A DNA stretch of 64,000 bases from Candidatus Binatota bacterium. Its GTDB lineage: Bacteria; Desulfobacterota; Binatia; UBA1149. Positions 1 to 10,957 of the stretch are shown in pieces. The notes beneath the pieces were generated by a model that had not been told where the DNA came from, searched no databases, and was given only the letters and a program-made list of their open reading frames with translations. Positions within the stretch are counted from its first letter, which is position 1; every line of letters starts with the position of its first letter. The position numbers and the translations under genes are program-made. The stretch lies in contig DUBO01000050.1 of assembly GCA_012960245.1 (NCBI GenBank), forward strand, positions 38,039 to 102,038. Direction: 5' to 3'.

Positions 1-490
1 CCGTTATTTCCTGCGGTATATCGGCGAACAATTTTACGACCAGTACACCGCCCTCGGATAGAGTCCTGCCGGCAACGGCTATCGCGAGCTCGACCAGGCG
101 CTCGTGCCGCGCTCGATCGGCGGCGCGCACGCCGCTCAGCGAAGGAGACATGTCGCTCAACACCAGGTCGGCGGTTCCGCCCAGCTCTTCGAGCAACTCC
201 CGAAAAACTGCTTCATCGGTAAGATCGCCAACCAGGGTGACGACGTTAGCGAGATCGAGTTTGTCCACGGCCAGCAGGTCAACTCCCACAACCCGCCCAC
301 GCTCACCCACGGCCGCGGCAGCTACCTGCAACCACCCCCCGGGCCAGCAGCCGAGATCAAGCACCCTGCCACCGCGACGAAAAACACGGAACTTGCCGTC
401 AATCTCGCGTAGCTTGAGAGCCGCCCGGGATCGCAGCCCCTCATCTTTTGCCCTTCGCCAGGCCGCGTCGTGGTGTTGGTACTTAGCCAT
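1..490 (-). CDS. rlmE: 23S rRNA (uridine-2'-O)-methyltransferase RlmE/FtsJ; N-terminus complete, 3' end runs off the window
   Basis: The minus-strand frame starting at ATG (rc of 488-490) translates MAKYQHHDAAWRRAKDEGLRSRAALKLREIDGKFRVFRRGGRVLDLGCWPGGW...VLSDMSPSLSG...GGVLVVKLF. This matches the conserved RlmE/FtsJ SAM-MTase motifs. It is absent from the ORF track because it runs off the window edge. Confidence 0.85.
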   Translation of the reverse strand, partial: MAKYQHHDAAWRRAKDEGLRSRAALKLREIDGKFRVFRRGGRVLDLGCWPGGWLQVAAAAVGERGRVVGVDLLAVDKLDLANVVTLVGDLTDEAVFRELLEELGGTADLVLSDMSPSLSGVRAADRARHERLVELAIAVAGRTLSEGGVLVVKLFADIPQEIT

Positions 491-583
491 AAACGATAAA
501 GCGCGGGTAGCACTTGAGGACAGCCGGGGCCTCGGGCACAGTGCCCCGGGAAGAATGCCCTATGGGCGGCTCCCCGGCCAACG

Positions 584-2845
584 ATGCCACTTGATCTTGA
601 CAGCCTTAACCCGGCCCAGCGCGAAGCCGCCGAGCACAACGACGGCCCCCTGCTCATCCTGGCCGGCGCGGGTAGCGGAAAAACCCGCGTCCTCGTGCAC
701 CGCATAGCGCGCCTGCTTGAAGAGGGCCGGGCCCGGCCCTGGGAGATCCTGGCCGTTACTTTCACCAACAAGGCCGCCCGCGAACTGGTAGAGCGCTGCC
801 GCTCAATGGTGGGCGACGCTGCCGACGAGTTGTGGGTAGGTACGTTTCACGGCATGGGCGCGCGCCTGCTGCGCCGGCACTGCGAAGAGCTGGGCTGCTC
901 CCGGTCGTTTACGATCATGGACGGAGACGACCAGCTCAAAATCGCGCGCGACGTGATAACCGCCGCCGGGCTGGACCCCGCCGTACTGAGGCCCGAAACC
1001 CTGCGCAACTTCATAGAAAACGCCAAGCACGAGGCCCGCAGCCCGGCCGACGAAGAAGCCCGCGGCGCCTCCGACGACCTGGTGCCTCTTTACGCAGCCT
1101 ACGAAAGACGCCTGCGCACACTCGACGCCATGGACTTCGGCGATCTGATAACACGGGTGCTGGAATTGTTCCGCGGGGCGCCGGGGCTGCTCAAGCGCTA
1201 CCAGCAGCGTTTTCGTTACGTACTGGTAGACGAGTACCAGGACACCAACCACTCCCAGTACCTGCTGGTGTCGCGACTCGCGGCCGGCCACGGCAACCTC
1301 TGCGTGGTGGGCGACGACGACCAGAGTATCTACGCGTGGCGGGGCGCCAGCCTGCGCAACATACTGGAGTTCGAGCGCGACTTTGCCGGCGCCAACGTAG
1401 TGAGGCTCGAACAGAACTACCGCTCCAGCGGCAACATAGTGGCAGCGGCGCACGGAGTGATAGCCAACAACGGCGACCGCAAGGACAAGGAACTGTGGAC
1501 CGATGCCACCGCTGGCCGGAAAGTGCACGTAGTGACCACCACCGACGAGCGCGACGAGGCACGCTACATAGTGGCCCAGGCGGCAGAGGGCGACCCCGGT
1601 GACGTAGCCGTGTTCTACCGCACCAACGCCCAGTCACGGGCGATCGAAGAAGAACTCGTACGCTCCCGCATGCGCTACGTGATCGTCGGCGGCACGCGCT
1701 TCTACGAGCGACGCGAGATCAAGGACCTTGTCGCCTACCTGCGCTTCATAGCCAACCCGCGCGACGAGATCAGCCTCGCGCGGGTGATAAACGTGCCCAC
1801 GAGGGGCATAGGCCGTACGACCTGGGAACGGCTGATAGTGGAGGCGCGTAATCGCGACGGCACGGCCTGGGATTTGCTCGAAGGTGACGATCCGTTGTCC
1901 TTTGCTTCGCCTGCACCACGGCGTCGGCTCAACGACTTCCGGGTACTCGCCCGGCGTTGGCTGGCCATGGACAGGGCTGCGGTAACGCCGCTGCTCGAAG
2001 CCATACTCGAAGACACCTCCTACGAGGACCACCTGCACGACCACGACGGGGACGACGCCGACAGCCGCATTGAAAACGTGCACGAACTGCTGACCGTCAG
2101 CCAGGAGTTCGACGAGGAATACGACGAACGCGAATTCGCCGATGCCGATGATAACGCTGACGACGTAGACCCCACCCGCTTCGACCCCGTACTCGGAGCG
2201 CTCGCAACTTTTCTCGAGCGCCTGGCTCTCAACGCCGACGTCGACAGCTACGAGGAGCAGGGTGGCCACGTGACACTGATGACCCTGCACAACTCCAAGG
2301 GACTCGAGTTTGACCGCGTGTTCATAGCCGGTGCCGAAGAGGGCGTCTTTCCGCACGCACGCTCCATGGCCGAGGACGGGCGCGGCCTGGAAGAAGAGCG
2401 CAGGCTTTGTTACGTGGGCGTCACCCGCGCCCGCCGCCAGCTGTCGTTGCTTCACGCCAGCAGGCGCAGCCTGTACGGCACACTGCAGGAAAACCTGCCA
2501 TCAAGATTTCTCGACGAGCTGCCCGCATCCGTGGTGGAAAGAATCGTCACCCCGCAACGCAGTACTCGCGGTGGCATATCGGCAAATAAGGGCGCCCGGG
2601 CTTATGGTAGCCAGGGCTACGGTGGGGTGCGCAAGCAGAACGACCAGTCCGGCACCACGCCGACCGGGCGCTCCTATGCCCAGCAGACCTGGGCCGAAGG
2701 TGCCAGGGTCGTGCACCCCATGTTCGGTGCCGGTCGCGTGTCGAGTTGCTCGGGAAGCGGCGACTCAGAAAAAGTCGAGGTGCGCTTCGACCAGGTTGGC
2801 CTCAAGCGCCTGGTGGTAAAATTCGCCAAGCTCGAGGCGGTCTGA
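584..2845 (+). CDS. uvrD: ATP-dependent DNA helicase UvrD/PcrA (superfamily 1)
   Basis: 753 aa. Walker A LILAGAGSGKT, then VTFTNKAAREL, GTFHGMGARLL, VLVDEYQDTN, VVGDDDQSIYAWRGA and LEQNYRSSGNI motifs. The C-terminal region is typical of UvrD/PcrA. Confidence 0.9.
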   Translation: MPLDLDSLNPAQREAAEHNDGPLLILAGAGSGKTRVLVHRIARLLEEGRARPWEILAVTFTNKAARELVERCRSMVGDAADELWVGTFHGMGARLLRRHCEELGCSRSFTIMDGDDQLKIARDVITAAGLDPAVLRPETLRNFIENAKHEARSPADEEARGASDDLVPLYAAYERRLRTLDAMDFGDLITRVLELFRGAPGLLKRYQQRFRYVLVDEYQDTNHSQYLLVSRLAAGHGNLCVVGDDDQSIYAWRGASLRNILEFERDFAGANVVRLEQNYRSSGNIVAAAHGVIANNGDRKDKELWTDATAGRKVHVVTTTDERDEARYIVAQAAEGDPGDVAVFYRTNAQSRAIEEELVRSRMRYVIVGGTRFYERREIKDLVAYLRFIANPRDEISLARVINVPTRGIGRTTWERLIVEARNRDGTAWDLLEGDDPLSFASPAPRRRLNDFRVLARRWLAMDRAAVTPLLEAILEDTSYEDHLHDHDGDDADSRIENVHELLTVSQEFDEEYDEREFADADDNADDVDPTRFDPVLGALATFLERLALNADVDSYEEQGGHVTLMTLHNSKGLEFDRVFIAGAEEGVFPHARSMAEDGRGLEEERRLCYVGVTRARRQLSLLHASRRSLYGTLQENLPSRFLDELPASVVERIVTPQRSTRGGISANKGARAYGSQGYGGVRKQNDQSGTTPTGRSYAQQTWAEGARVVHPMFGAGRVSSCSGSGDSEKVEVRFDQVGLKRLVVKFAKLEAV

Positions 2846-2880
2846 CACGGACAGAATCGCCACGGACAGAATCGCCACGA
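2846..2880. repeat. tandem direct repeat (15-bp unit cacggacagaatcgc, about 2.3 copies) immediately after the uvrD stop
   Basis: Read directly: cacggacagaatcgc cacggacagaatcgc cacga. Confidence 0.6.
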
Positions 2881-3204
2881 TCAGTGCGAGGGCATCGCCC
2901 TGGGCCCAACCGCCTTTGAGCCGTCGCGGTCCGGCTCTTCACGTTCACCGGTCATCCATGACCCCACGAACTGTATGGGCTTGAACACGAGCAGCTCGAT
3001 CAACTTACCCACTGGGTAAACGAGGTAGTACACAACCTTGAGTGGTTGTGAATCCGCGTCCTCGTAAGCGCCGGCTTCAGACGAGCTGGAGCCGGCCATC
3101 GCGTGCATGGGACTCAGCGCCGGTAACAGCGGCGCTGACAGCAGCAGCGCCGCCAGCAGGGCGACAACAACTGGCCTTACTGCAACTGGTCGTAATCGTT
3201 TCAC
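2881..3204 (-). CDS. small exported hypothetical protein with a signal peptide
   Basis: An internal GTG start is preceded by tGAGGGGgcc. The product MKRLRPVAVRPVVVALLAALLLSAPLLPALSPMHAMA|G has a classic n-h-c signal peptide. The mature part is about 65 aa and acidic (YYLVYPVGKLIELLVFKPIQFV). No family recognised. Confidence 0.4.
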   Translation of the reverse strand: MKRLRPVAVRPVVVALLAALLLSAPLLPALSPMHAMAGSSSSEAGAYEDADSQPLKVVYYLVYPVGKLIELLVFKPIQFVGSWMTGEREEPDRDGSKAVGPRAMPSH

Positions 3205-3246
3205 GGCCCCCTCAGTGTACACCAACCCGGCCTGCTGCGCAGCCGA

Positions 3247-3960
3247 CTAGCCCTCGGCCCAACCTATCCAGCTCAACTGCCGGCCCTGTTCGGCGCGATC
3301 GGCCCTCACCGAGTAGTAGTCCTCGGCGTGACAGCAGGTGCAGGGGCCCGTTGATTCTACACGCGACGCGCTCACGCCCATGGCCACGAGACGGGCGGTG
3401 TTAATAGCCCTGAGATCGAGGGCCGGCCGACCGGCAGCAGTGGTGGTAGTGCCCATTCCCGCAGAGCTGAAACGCTCGACCAGATCAGCAGACACCTCGT
3501 AGCAGCACGGTCCCACCGACGGGCCCAGCAACACCCGCAGGGCCGAGGCCTGGTAGCCGCTTTTCAGCGCGTGTTCCACCGCGGCGTCAACGACGCCGGC
3601 CAGGCTGCCCCTCCAACCAGCGTGCACGGCCGCCGCCCATGGCCTGTTGTCGACACCAGCTGTGGCTTCGTCGCCAGCTTCTCCAGGAACGTCGGCCAGC
3701 ATGAGCAGGGGCACGCAGTCGGCGGTCCGCACAGCCACTATCGACTCGCCCCTGCTCACCAGCCCGTCGGCCTCAATTCTATGGCCACCCGGAGCCCGCG
3801 CTGTTCCTGCCGCCGCCACGGGCAGCTCGACCACGCGCCGACCGTGCACCTGCCTGGCCGTCAGTAAGCCGGTGGGTGGTCTTGCTTCGCGGCCGCCAAA
3901 TCCCCAGCTGAAGCCCAGCCCGTGGCTGGCAGCGCCCAATCCCTTGTCAGTGGTCAGCAT
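3247..3960 (-). CDS. pgeF: YfiH/PgeF family purine nucleoside phosphorylase / polyphenol-oxidase-like protein (DUF152, Cu-oxidase_4)
   Basis: 237 aa with the hallmark AAAVHAGWRGSLAGVVDAAVE and GPCCYEV...CTCCH motifs of the YfiH/PgeF family. Confidence 0.8.
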   Translation of the reverse strand: MLTTDKGLGAASHGLGFSWGFGGREARPPTGLLTARQVHGRRVVELPVAAAGTARAPGGHRIEADGLVSRGESIVAVRTADCVPLLMLADVPGEAGDEATAGVDNRPWAAAVHAGWRGSLAGVVDAAVEHALKSGYQASALRVLLGPSVGPCCYEVSADLVERFSSAGMGTTTTAAGRPALDLRAINTARLVAMGVSASRVESTGPCTCCHAEDYYSVRADRAEQGRQLSWIGWAEG

Positions 3961-4085
3961 TCTGATAGTGTCCGTGTTTTGCCAACTCTAAGAAAGCCCC
4001 CTTATGCAGACACGGATTGTCGCAGCCATGGCGACTCGCCCCTGTACCACTGCCCCTGCAGCCCGTCGGGCCTGGAGACGGCGAC

Positions 4086-6839
4086 GTGAAAAAAACCATC
4101 CGGGTAGCCGGCGCACGCACCAACAACCTGCGCGAAGTCAGCTGCCAATTCCCCATGCGCAAGCTCTCGGTCGTAACGGGCGTATCAGGGTCGGGTAAGT
4201 CATCACTGGTTTTCGACACCCTCTACGCCGAGGGGCAAAGACGCTACGTACAATCGCTATCCACTTACGCGCGGCTGTTCCTCGAGCAGATGGAACGCCC
4301 CGACGTTGACTCCATAAGCGACATTCCCCCCGCCATCGCCCTCGAGCAGAAAAACTCCATCCGCAACGCGCGCTCGACGGTGGGCACCATAACCGAGGTC
4401 CTCGATTACCTGCGCCTGCTCATGACCCACGCGGGTACAGCGAGTTGCGTGGACTGCAACGAAGAGCTCGGCGCCGACGGCCCGGCCGAAGCCGCGGCGC
4501 GGGTACTCGAGTGGGAAGAAGGCCTGCGCCTGCTGTTCCACGCGAGGGTGCCGTTGCACGGCCTGGAACCCGAAGAGGCGGCGGCAGCCTTTGCCGGGCA
4601 GGGATTCAACCGCTTGCTCATAGACGGAAAGGCGGTGGACCTTTCGGAAGCCGGCAGCGACTACTTCAAGCGCGACGAAATCGACGTTGTACTCGACCGC
4701 CTGGTTCTCAGGGCCGACAGCGCAGAGCGCGTGCAGGAAGCCCTGGAGCACTGCTATGAACTGGGCGACGGCGTGGCCAGCGTGTCGGTGCAGGGCGAGC
4801 CCGAAGCGCGGGCGGTCTATCGTAACGCCTTCTGCTGCCGCTCATGCGGCCGCGAGTACACGCGGCCCTCGCCGCACCTTTTCAGCTTCAACAGCCCGCT
4901 GGGAGCCTGCACCACCTGCGAGGGATTCGGTCGCGTGGTCGACCTGAGCTTTGACAAGGTCATCCCCAACCAATCGCTTTCGCTGCGGGGTGGAGCGGTG
5001 GCCCCGTGGAGCACACCAGCTTTTGCCGAGGTGCAGGAAGACTTCGTCAAGGCTGCCGAGCGCCTGGGTTACTCTACCGAACTGCCCTGGGCACGGCTGC
5101 CCGAAGAAGTGAGAAACTGGGTCATCGAGGGCGACCGCGACAGCCCGGGGGTGAAGGGTTTTTTCAAGTGGCTCGAAGGACGTCGCTATAAAACCCACGT
5201 ACGGATACTGCTCGCGCGCTACCGCAGCTACCACGAGTGCGATGACTGCGGCGGCCAACGACTCAAGCCCGAGGCCCTGGCCGTCAAGATAGGACGGCGT
5301 AACGTGGCCGACTTCTGTGCCCTCAGCATTGCCGACCTCGCCCGTATCATGGCACGGCTCAAACTCACGCCCGAGGCCACCGAGCGCACCCGCCCGGTCA
5401 TGCGCGAAATTCGTAACCGCCTCGCTTACCTCGCCGACGTGGGGCTCGGCTACCTTACGCTCGCGCGGCAGGCCCGCACCCTGTCGGGAGGAGAAGCCCA
5501 GCGCATCCACCTGGCGGCCGCACTGGGAAGCGCGCTCACCGACACCCTCTACGCACTCGACGAGCCCACCGTAGGCCTGCACCCGCGCGACAGCCGCATG
5601 CTACTCAAGGTACTCAAGCGACTCACCAAGCTAGGCAACACCGTTGTGCTCGTAGAGCATGACCCCACGCTCATCAACGGCTCCGATCACGTGGTCGAGA
5701 TCGGCCCCGGCGGTGGCCACCTCGGCGGCAAGCTGGTCTACGAGGGTAAGCCGGCCGGGCTCGCGGGCACCGACACCGCGACCGGGCGCGTGCTGCTCAT
5801 ACGCACCATCGCCCGCCAGAAACGCAGCCTTACAGACTGCGGTTCACTGCTGATACGCGGCGCGAGGGAAAACAACCTCGACATAGACAAGCTCAGCATA
5901 CCGCTGGGACAACTGGTGTGCGTGACCGGGGTCTCGGGCTCAGGCAAATCGACACTGGTTGAGCAGGTGCTGTACGAAGGCTACCTGCGGCAGACCGGCA
6001 ACGGCGGCCAGGAAGCCGGCGAATGCGACGGAATTGACGGCTTCGACCAGATCGACGAGCTGTTGATGATGAGCCAGTCACCCATAGGCCGTTCGCTGAG
6101 GTCAAACCCGGCTACCTACCTGAAGTTCTACGACGATATTCGCAAGTTGTTCGCGGCCACTCCGGCTGCCCGGCGCGCACGCGTCAGCGCCGGGGCGTTC
6201 TCGTTCAACACCTCGGGTGGACGCTGCGAACACTGCCAGGGCACCGGCTCGGTCACCATCGAAATGCACTTCATGGCCGACATAACCGTTCCCTGCGACG
6301 ACTGCGGCGGGCATCGTTTTAAAAAACGTGTGCTCGAGGTGCGTTACCAGGACCGCAACATCAACGAAGTGCTCGGCATGACCGTGGACGAAGCGCTCGA
6401 GTTTTTTGCCAATCGCCCGGCCATGGCTCGCAAGCTAGGTGGGCTGGCGGCTGTCGGACTGGGCTACCTCGCTCTCGGGCAGGCCACGTCGACGCTTTCG
6501 GGTGGAGAAGCGCAGCGCCTGAAACTATCTTCGTTCCTGGCCGAGGAGAGCAAGGCCGGTCGCACGCTGTTCATATTTGACGAGCCTACAACGGGACTTC
6601 ACCTGCAGGACGTACATGTTCTCATCGAAGTACTCGACGGGCTTGTCGAGCGAGGCCACTCGGTACTGGTGGTGGAACACCACACCGACTTCATTTCCCA
6701 CGCTGACCACGTCATAGACCTCGGCCCCGAGGGCGGCGATGGTGGCGGCCGCGTGATCGTACAGGGCACGGTGATGGATATAGCCGGCTGCGAACAATCT
6801 CACACCGGCGTCGAGTTAAAGAAGCACCTCGAGCTCTAA
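4086..6839 (+). CDS. uvrA: excinuclease ABC subunit A UvrA
   Basis: N-terminus VKKTIRVAGARTNNL...VVTGVSGSGKSSLVFDTLYAEGQRRYVQSLSTYARLFL. Two ABC ATPase modules and zinc-finger cysteines (CxxC). The start is likely GTG 4086 with GGAGA 7 nt upstream. The ORF track extends to TTG 4017. Confidence 0.9.
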   Translation: MKKTIRVAGARTNNLREVSCQFPMRKLSVVTGVSGSGKSSLVFDTLYAEGQRRYVQSLSTYARLFLEQMERPDVDSISDIPPAIALEQKNSIRNARSTVGTITEVLDYLRLLMTHAGTASCVDCNEELGADGPAEAAARVLEWEEGLRLLFHARVPLHGLEPEEAAAAFAGQGFNRLLIDGKAVDLSEAGSDYFKRDEIDVVLDRLVLRADSAERVQEALEHCYELGDGVASVSVQGEPEARAVYRNAFCCRSCGREYTRPSPHLFSFNSPLGACTTCEGFGRVVDLSFDKVIPNQSLSLRGGAVAPWSTPAFAEVQEDFVKAAERLGYSTELPWARLPEEVRNWVIEGDRDSPGVKGFFKWLEGRRYKTHVRILLARYRSYHECDDCGGQRLKPEALAVKIGRRNVADFCALSIADLARIMARLKLTPEATERTRPVMREIRNRLAYLADVGLGYLTLARQARTLSGGEAQRIHLAAALGSALTDTLYALDEPTVGLHPRDSRMLLKVLKRLTKLGNTVVLVEHDPTLINGSDHVVEIGPGGGHLGGKLVYEGKPAGLAGTDTATGRVLLIRTIARQKRSLTDCGSLLIRGARENNLDIDKLSIPLGQLVCVTGVSGSGKSTLVEQVLYEGYLRQTGNGGQEAGECDGIDGFDQIDELLMMSQSPIGRSLRSNPATYLKFYDDIRKLFAATPAARRARVSAGAFSFNTSGGRCEHCQGTGSVTIEMHFMADITVPCDDCGGHRFKKRVLEVRYQDRNINEVLGMTVDEALEFFANRPAMARKLGGLAAVGLGYLALGQATSTLSGGEAQRLKLSSFLAEESKAGRTLFIFDEPTTGLHLQDVHVLIEVLDGLVERGHSVLVVEHHTDFISHADHVIDLGPEGGDGGGRVIVQGTVMDIAGCEQSHTGVELKKHLEL

Positions 6840-6872
6840 GCCCGACGGCAGCCACGTAGCCAGCGGTCACGG

Positions 6873-7331
6873 TCAGGCGGCGAACTCGACCTGCTGCAGC
6901 TGCATGCCCGAACGGTCGAGCAGCTCTTCTATGGTATCGAGCTTGTAAGCCTTGGCGTAGACCACGCGCTTGACGCCCGTGTTGACCAGGACCTTGAGGC
7001 AGTGAATGCAGGGCGTATGGGTAACGTACACGTCGGCACCGGCTATACCCGAGCCGTTACGCGCGGCCTGGGCTATGGCATTAATCTCGGCGTGTATGGT
7101 GCGAAAGCAGTTTTCCTCGATGTTGCCATCGGGGGTACGCGACTCGTAGACCAGGCAACCCACGTCGAGGCAGTGGGGCATGCCGGCGGGCGAGCCGTTG
7201 TAGCCCGTGGCCAGTATGCTGCGCTCACGCACTATTACCGCCCCCACCTGCGCCCGTGTGCAGGTGGAGCGCTTGGCCACCTCGGCGGTTATTGCCATGA
7301 AATACTCGTCCCAGCTTGGTCGTTCGTGCAT
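6873..7331 (-). CDS. comEB: dCMP deaminase (ComEB-like cytidine/deoxycytidylate deaminase zinc-binding protein)
   Basis: HAEINAI...PCIHCLKVLVNTGVKRVVY zinc-binding CDA motif. The N-terminus RPSWDEYFMAITAEVAKRSTCTRAQVGAVIV is typical of dCMP deaminase. The internal ATG start is preceded by cGGAGAAGcgcgcg. Confidence 0.85.
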   Translation of the reverse strand: MHERPSWDEYFMAITAEVAKRSTCTRAQVGAVIVRERSILATGYNGSPAGMPHCLDVGCLVYESRTPDGNIEENCFRTIHAEINAIAQAARNGSGIAGADVYVTHTPCIHCLKVLVNTGVKRVVYAKAYKLDTIEELLDRSGMQLQQVEFAA

Positions 7332-7403
7332 CGCGCGCTTCTCCGGTGACTTTTCTACCACACCCGCGCGCGGTCGCCACCGCGCGTCCCCCCGCGCCCC
7401 GAA

Positions 7404-7431
7404 TTGACCCGGTATCGCGCCCGACTAGAAT
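7404..7431 (+). promoter_or_regulatory. putative sigma70-type promoter for tRNA-Gly (TTGACC-N16-TAGAAT)
   Basis: ttgacc (7404-7409), a 16-nt spacer, then tagaat (7426-7431). The tRNA 5' end is 11 nt downstream. Confidence 0.5.
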
Positions 7432-7442
7432 CCACGACTCGA

Positions 7443-7517
<75 letters not shown>

Positions 7518-7642
7518 ATTGTTTTTTCAGCGAGGACCCGGGCTGACCCCGATTGAAACTTGCCGCTTGGTTGGTCGGCCCGCAGGCGTTAAATTGGTTT
7601 GGCCTGTCTCTCCGGGGAGCGACAGGCCAGCGGAGTATTATT

Positions 7643-8046
7643 TTGAGCACCCGAACCAGGTTCACCATAGGCATCGGCATCATAATAGCCACGGTGGGCT
7701 TTCTCATATTCACGGCGGTTGACCAGACGCGCATGTACATGGTCACGGTGAGTGAGTACCTGGATGCCAACCAAGCCTTTGCCGATTCCACCGTGCGCGT
7801 GGCCGGCCGCGTGGCTCCCGGCTCGATCGAGTGGGACCAGCAGAAGCTGCGCCTCAACTTCAGGCTCGACGACATGGAACAGGACCAGTCCATCGAGGTG
7901 ACCTACGAAGGCATCCTGCCCGACATGTTTGCCGAGGACCGAGACGTCGTGGTCGAGGGTCCCTTCGCCGGCGCGGAGGCTTTCGAGGCCGACACCATAA
8001 TCACCAGCTGTCCTTCCAAGTACGAGCCCGAGCAGACAGGACACGA

Positions 8047-8050
<4 letters not shown>
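7643..8050 (+). CDS. ccmE: cytochrome c-type biogenesis heme chaperone CcmE (CXXXY variant)
   Basis: Short basic N-terminus, one TM segment (FTIGIGIIIATVGFLIF), then an OB-fold region RVAGRVAPGSIEWD...VTYEGILPDMFAEDRDVVVEGPF. The C-terminal SCPSKYEPE places Cys at the heme-binding position where E. coli has HxxxY. Likely TTG start 7643 with GGAG 7 nt upstream. The ORF track extends to 7553. Confidence 0.8.
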
Positions 8051-10024
<1,974 letters not shown>

Positions 10025-10029
<5 letters not shown>

Positions 10030-10571
10030 CCGGAGTGGCACCACAGTTGCGCAGGACAGCCCGGGTACTGGGCGCCTTTATGCTGGCGGCGACGATGGCC
10101 AGCGGCCTGCTGGCGACAGCAACGCCGGTCTCGGCCCGGGACATGTCGCAGGAGCAGGTAGAAGAACACCTTACCTGCCAGTGTGGTTGCGGCCTCACGG
10201 TGCGAAACTGCAATCACCTGCAGTGCAGCTCCGCCCTGCCGATACGCGCCGACATAAAACAATCTCTCGCTGCGGGCGAAAGCGGTGAAGACATCCTCGT
10301 GCGCTACGCTGACACCTACGGCGAAAAAATCCTCTCCGCGCCCGGGTTCACTGGCTTCAACCTGCTGGCATGGACCATGCCGGCCTTCGCCATGCTGCTC
10401 GGGGGCCTGCTGATAGCTCGGGTCCTGAGAAAACCCGTTCGCCATTCATCAAACGACAGCGACCCGCCGAATGACGACGACGCCTCGGCCGACGATGGCC
10501 ATGCACCGACCGGCGGAAATGACGAGGACAGGCGTCGGGTCGCGCGTGAGCTGGAGAACCTGCCCCGATGA
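10025..10571 (+). CDS. ccmH: cytochrome c-type biogenesis protein CcmH-like (variant Cys motif)
   Basis: GTG overlaps the ccmF stop (GTGA). Signal peptide with RR, then EEHLTCQCGCGLTV and ...ILVRYADTYGEKILSAP, which resembles the CcmH core (LRCxxC...RYGDFVxYxPP), followed by a C-terminal TM segment. The cysteine spacing is CxCxC rather than CxxC. Confidence 0.65.
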
Positions 10572-10948
10572 GTACCCTTGTCGCCCTGCTGGCCATGGCT
10601 GCCGCGTCAACCTGGATAAGCTGGCCGCTGCTGCGCCCGGCCGCTGCCAGCCTGGAGGCCGAAACCGAGGCCTCAAAAGAACTCTGGGAGCGTGAAAAGT
10701 TCGTCGCCCTTACCGCCATCAGAGAAGCCGAGTTTGACCAGGCCACCGGTAAGTTAAGCGACGAAGACTACGAAGTCCTTCGATCCGACTACGAAGAACG
10801 CGCCATGAAAGCCATGGCCGAACTGGAAAGAACTCCGTCGGTCGATACCCCTGCCGCGGCTTCGCAGGCCCCCGGTTTCTGTGTTGATTGTGGCCAACGA
10901 TACGGGCAACAAGATCGCTTCTGCGCGGCCTGCGGGCGCGAGCGCTGA
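10568..10948 (+). CDS. hypothetical membrane-anchored protein with C-terminal CxxC-x10-CxxC zinc ribbon, translationally coupled to ccmH
   Basis: ATGA overlap with the ccmH stop. N-terminal TM (LVALLAMAAASTWISWPLL), a charged helical middle, and C-terminus CVDCGQRYGQQDRFCAACGRER. Confidence 0.5.
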   Translation: MSTLVALLAMAAASTWISWPLLRPAAASLEAETEASKELWEREKFVALTAIREAEFDQATGKLSDEDYEVLRSDYEERAMKAMAELERTPSVDTPAAASQAPGFCVDCGQRYGQQDRFCAACGRER

Positions 10949-10957
10949 GAACCCGAC

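Noticed and set aside
104-771. ORFs 104-412(+), 150-707(+) and 322-771(-) at the window start
   Set aside because: They overlap the real rlmE gene (minus strand, 1-490) and the uvrD 5' end. Their translations are low-complexity.
803-1528. 241-aa ORF antisense to uvrD (similar long antisense ORFs at 8077-9378 in ccmF, 39321-40436 in gyrB, 48091-49569 opposite acd, 59552-60556 opposite glpD, 31539-32561 opposite jag)
   Set aside because: High GC removes stop codons on the non-coding strand. The products are Arg/Gly/Pro-rich low-complexity with no motifs, and each fully overlaps a gene whose protein has unmistakable conserved motifs.
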